This document shows, one piece after another, positions 58,816 through 64,000 of a DNA stretch of 64,000 nucleotides (positions are counted from its first letter, which is position 1; each line of letters opens with the position of its first letter). The stretch is taken from the NCBI GenBank assembly GCA_977862235.1, contig OZ374562.1, positions 930,001-994,000 of the forward strand, read 5' to 3'. Under the pieces are notes generated by a model. It saw only the letters and a program-made list of their open reading frames with translations, was not told the origin of the DNA and searched no databases. This DNA comes from Dudresnaya verticillata. Lineage: Eukaryota. The position numbers and the translations under genes are program-made.

Positions 58816-61800
58816 TTATTAGAGAGTTTGTAGAGTTTTACTGGGACCCTGTAGACGGGGAGCGAGGCTAATTCCTTGAATCGCATGTTGCGTGTGTGGT
58901 ATTCTAAATCGCTGTGCCGTTATCTGCGAGTTCAATAGTCGAACTCACTTGAGCGCTCCGCCCAGTAGCTTGGGCACCATGTCGCAGGCAGCATCACTCG
59001 ATACGGGCCGAACGGCCCACGGTCTCGGACTCGCACCAGCGCTGTCGTGGTTGCGGTTCGCGCAGCCTCTCCAGTAGACTTACTGACCTCACCCTCGCGC
59101 ACGGACATACGACCATGAGGTGGACTGGTTTTCTGAAAAGAGACGGCCCCCGAAGGGGACTGGGTTAAGGAGGTGTTGGGAACGGCCGATGACGGCTGTG
59201 GCTGCGAAACATTTGAGACTGATGTTGGGAAGAGCGACTGGAAAAGTTGCGACGCTAGATCGTGAGCTTCGCGGTGGAGCCTACGAATCGCCGTTTTCCA
59301 CCCGACACATCGTGGGAGAGTCTATTTGAAAAGTTCCCCCACACACCGGATCCAGGAGATGCCGAGAGCTCCTGAAGTTCGCTGTGCGAGGCGCGGTCGA
59401 GCGTTTTGCGCAACCCTGCGAGGTAGCGTAGACCCCGTTCCGCAGATCCTGGCGAGGGTGGCGATGTGTCAGAGACGAGGGGACACCTCTTGCAGTAGAG
59501 AAAGAGAGAGTTTTTGGATCTTTACTGAGTTCCTGTCTTGAGGTCAGCAGAGAGGTTTGATCCGTATCCTGGGAAGTAGTTTTCCAGGATTGTTACTGAG
59601 CATGAGCTCGGACACAGCAGTCCTTACTGTTTTACCTCTTAAAACGTTCTAGCCAGCGATACAGGGGAAGCAGCAGGGACGACTAAGATGCTTTGTATAA
59701 CCGATTACAAGTCACATAACCAATTGATGTGGTATGTCAGGCTCAAAAGAAGTGTGGAAGCCTTCGTTGTGAATGAGAGGGGCAGAACAGTAAGTCAGAA
59801 TGAAACATTACCTCGTTCTACCTGCAGTTGCGAAATCGTCAGACCTTTGTTTCGACGAGGCCATTGTGTATTTGAAGGCTGCAAGTCGAAGCTCAGTATC
59901 AGAAGAAATAGATTACGTTGCAGAGATTTAATTGTAGTAATGTCTTCGCTGCTTTGCGCGCATGTCAGAATAAGCTCAGCAAGCGCATTTTTACTGAGCG
60001 TTATTGATATGGCATAGGCCGTGCAGTTGAAACTAACAAAAGTCCTCTTCGTTTCGATTTTCTTTGTTTAGAAACAGCCTGCACGCTCTAGTTTGTCGTG
60101 TGTTGAATGTTTGATAATAAACGAACTGAGCTCCATGCGAATGTGATGTTGTATTGGTTAATGTCAATTTTTCGGTGGTCCATCGCGGGCGTCTAGGACG
60201 CGTTAGCAGGCGCACTACCGCGAGGCATGATAGAGAACGGGGGAAGATACAAGGGCTATTGGGGGTGGTGATGGGTACTCGATGCGTAGAGGGTGTAATT
60301 CGAATTTGTGCTATTGCGTTGGCTACGGCTTAGAGGAAGGATAGAGGCGGATCGGGGTGGCCAAGGACTTGCACCTTTGAGGTGTGCAGATGGAGATTTT
60401 TCGGGCTGTTGGGCAATGTGGCGGAACCGGAAGGTACCCAAATACCAGGATATTGCTAGTTTTCTGTCACCGTCGACCTGGAGCTGTAGCGCTAAGGGAG
60501 GGCATTCCTGATATTATCCAGAGGGGCTAAGCTCCGCAGATCAATCTGAATCTTTTCTGTCCTTGAAACGACGCCCTGTGAAAGAGCGGATGGCTCTGGC
60601 TTACGGCCCAGACTTGCTTGCTTGTAAAGGGACTCTCTATCAGATCTATAGCTCCTCCACTACACAAATTATTATAGAATCTAAGATTCTATTGTCTCCT
60701 TCTATTGAGTAGGGCTGAAGGGCTATTCTCTGAGTAAAACTGCATTCTCCGATGTAACCGAAAAGATAGCATAGAACGTTGCCCACAGTTTTTAAAGCCT
60801 CGTCTGGGCTTTCAGGAAGATCTAGTTCGCCTTTTATTGTACTGTTACAGCAACCCTCGTCCAAGCTCGCGCTGATCAAGTGGTCAGCCATGTGTGTCCG
60901 TGATGCAAAACGAAAGATTAAGGGCGCCGTAACATGTCTGTGTTTAGAGAGAATAGGAAGCAATATGCATCCGTCAATAAATATACCAGTCTGGGTTGGA
61001 CCAAATTGTAAACCTTGAACGCAAAAGGAAAACGTAGCATGTCGTAAACAGGTAGCGTCACACAACAATAATGTAGAAACCGATGTGAAATTAATGAAGA
61101 AAGTAGAGAAGCGAGTAATTGTAAAGGGGAGAGCTGTAGGTAACAAAGCGGGTCAAACCACTTAGCATATAACAGGACATCACCATCGAATTATGTATTA
61201 AAAGCAATTGTCGTCCCAGGTACGGAAGCTTGTACTAAGCGGTGTGAGAGTGAACTAATCGGGACATATTTTGGCGTGTCTGTGTGGCTGGCTATTCTCC
61301 CTCTGTCTACTGAAAAATAGTATGCGCTTACGCAGACAAGTGTGAGCTGGAATGCGGTAGGTAAGGACCTAAATCTAAATATAGAACAATATCATTCTTC
61401 AGCATCGACAAAACATGACCCATAGGCAATAATGAAGCGATAATTAACATTTGAAGACCTCGTTGAATCTGAAATGTTATGTAGCAGTACAAGATTGTAT
61501 CGGGCGCTGTGGCGGCCAATATTCCAGATGGTATTCGATACGCGATATCAGCGGCAGTCTTGTCACAGTAACGATAGCTAGTTGATAGAGAAGTAGAGAA
61601 TGTAGAGCAAGTTGGATGGCTATTTATTGTCTATCTGAAGAGGATCAGGACAGAGGGGAGGTATCTTGATTCTGAGTTCAATTCCGGATGTAAAGTCCCA
61701 TGTCCCGTTCCTATTCTACCCTGTATCCCTGTTCGACCTCGCTATTTTTCATGTCACATGACTTGTTAACAAAAACAAGGTGTTAAAGAGACGGATTGTC

Positions 61801-62155
61801 ACAATCCCGCAGAGCATGCAAAAAGATATGTATTTTGAATGCAAACAGCGCATACGTTTTCTCCGACAAACCTTAGCACGATTGAATTACTTGGTGGATC
61901 GTCAACAAATGTATTTTGAGTGTAACGATGTAGACTGCGGCATAGTAAGCATTGCAGTAGGCATTGGGGATAGGTGTAGATTGCGCCGGAAGTACATCAG
62001 AATGTAAGCGTTAGATATAGATAGGGAACCTAGGGCCACTGGAGGGCGATAAATATGCGTTTCTCTTTCATATTGTGAGCTCGTTCTTGTTGTAAATACC
62101 TTTTGCTCTGAACTGAGAATGGCTATTTTTTTTACAATGACGTAGTTCAGGCATC

Positions 62156-63332
62156 ATGAAATTAAGGGAGACCAGTACTTTCAAGTTACCGAGATCCTTT
62201 TACGAACGGTGGAAATACATTTTCTCTCGATTTGTGTACAGAAAAGAAATTGGCTTGCTTCCTGAGGGATTGCTACGATCTGCAATGAGAGAAATACTAC
62301 CAAAGCTTCCGACAACCTTGGTAGAACAAGACTGTCCACGAATATGCGACTTGTTTTCCAAAATCTTCAGATACGTACCCTCGTGCATGCGGATGTACTA
62401 CAATCTGCAAGAGACACGGTCGGCTGCAGCTTGCCAGCAAGACAGGAGGAGGCTTCTCCACATCGCGCCAAGGGTAGAACGATAGCATGGCACCGGGGTC
62501 GACTGAGGGCGGGCCAGTAAGGCTATTAGCAGAACTATGACGGATGCTAAGTCGACTGAAGGCCGAGAATGGCAAGTGCCGGGCGCATCGCAGATGGCGG
62601 AAGCGGAGGACAAACTCAAACTCACGGCCTGTCATTACAGTGGCACCATTGCGGCACTGGTGCAGCTCACGGGGCAGCGTTACGTGCCTCTGATTGGGCT
62701 AGGCTATCTCCAAAGACAGCTGTCGGTTGTTTACAGCACGTCGACCGAACTCAGAGGAGCCAACCCAAAACGGGCTTTTTCGCCCCGCGTCACGAGATCA
62801 ATCACCACGGACAGCTCTGTCGCACCTCTCAATCGCGATGCACCGCCGGGAGTAACCTCACGGCATGAGCGGTGGAGCCAATCCAATGGACCTTTCTCCA
62901 ACATGCAGAGAGGTGCTTTGAAGGCAGTCAACTGCGAGAAGACCTTTTTGCATGTCCATGGCAATCCAGGTAGTCTAATCTTGCAGTCAGGAGCTGTTCT
63001 CGGTAACGCAAGCAGTCTTTCGGATATCTTCTAGTCGTACCCTTGGCCTATGAGGCGAGAGAAACTTGCATAGGGCAAACAATCTGATCACGTTCTTCGT
63101 GGCAGCAGAATGTGCACGTATGTTTCTACGCAATACTGCTGACGGCTCACCGACATTGTCCTCACTGACATTCTCGTCATTCCATAGAGACTTGCAGCAC
63201 AACAGGACTCCCCATCATGAGCGGCTAGGCCAGTTCAGCAACCTGAAATTCATGCATGAGGTTTTCCCGTCATATCTATCCCAGAATGTCTCGGCTTCGA
63301 CAGTTTCGATCCCAATTTCCGAATGGGGTTAG
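62156..63332 (+). pseudogene. Decayed unknown gene
   Basis: Three successive plus-strand ORFs with protein-like composition; no recognised motif. Confidence 0.25.
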
Positions 63333-64000
63333 ATATGTGAGGATCCAGATCGTGTTCCCGTCAGCAGTAGTGAAATTCAGGTTGTTCAAGGCCTTCCTAT
63401 AACAAAACACCTTCTAGAGAGACCAGTCTGGCCCATGTTTAAACGGATATGCCATGCAGAAAACAGATAAACTGGGTGCAGAACAGCAGGAGAAGTCACC
63501 TCCACACCGAGGCCAGAAGGATTCCAGTCGCAGAAAGCCAATGGCAAGGATGACAGAAATGCATCTACGCAGTTATGTCCATGTCTTCTTCTGGCATTGC
63601 TGATGAAGCCGGTGGGGCGGTTTTGGCTGGGAGATTTCGCTAGATGAGGAATGGGATCAGTCTCCTACAGCTTGACACTTGAGCCTGATGCATGAGGGCA
63701 CTAAAAAATACGTCAAGACAGGTCTTCGACATTTGCAGGGACAAGGAAAACATCATCTCGAAGTAGTGTCCGGCGTTATGTTGTTGTCAATGCGAGGTGC
63801 ACGCTGTTGTGAGGTCTGTTTTGTTAAACATGGTTTAAGGAATGCGGAGACTTTCATGAGACTCAGGTATTGGACTACTGGGTCGCTGTGGCATTATTGC
63901 GGTGATACGAAGCGAAAGGCGCTTACCTATCGTAAAGCTACAAACACCGGCAACGCTCCAGCAGAAAAAGCGGGTGGAAACGCCTCCAGCAGATGGCCCG

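Noticed and set aside
59700..62100. Scattered short ORFs in AT-richer sequence
   Set aside because: No recognisable domains or consistent reading frame.
1..64000. rRNA, tRNA or other structured RNA genes
   Set aside because: None recognisable by eye; tRNAscan-SE or Infernal would be needed to exclude them.

Overview
A eukaryotic, transposon-saturated (heterochromatin-like) window; the style of the Gypsy gag/pol proteins suggests a florideophyte red alga, which is an unverified inference. Left to right: (1) a decayed Ty3/Gypsy chromovirus (gag-PR-RT-RH-IN-chromodomain, 1-6467) with a ~2.3-kb antisense ORF, polypurine tract (PPT) and 3' LTR (10857-11679); (2) an oppositely oriented LTR plus PPT of another family (11688-12542); (3) a Helitron remnant (3' hairpin, Pif1 helicase), unknown decayed genes, minisatellites and a DIRS-type RT fragment; (4) a second decayed Gypsy carrying a 485-bp fold-back insertion. 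The antisense ORF of this second Gypsy is split by a solo LTR (5-bp target-site duplication, TSD, GATGC), and that solo LTR is in turn split by a 25,163-bp CACTA/CMC transposon (28237-53399; CACTA...TAGTG ends, 2-bp TSD CA). The giant element carries its own CMC transposase, a second Sola-like transposase, a bacterial-type N4/N6 DNA methyltransferase-like fragment, a Tudor-like ORF, a 624-aa unknown ORF, and a long ORF whose core appears homologous to the antisense ORFs of both Gypsy elements. The right end holds CRE-like non-LTR fragments, a small Tudor-domain ORF and unassignable remnants. Nearly all genes carry stops or frameshifts. All homologies were judged by eye and no searches were run.
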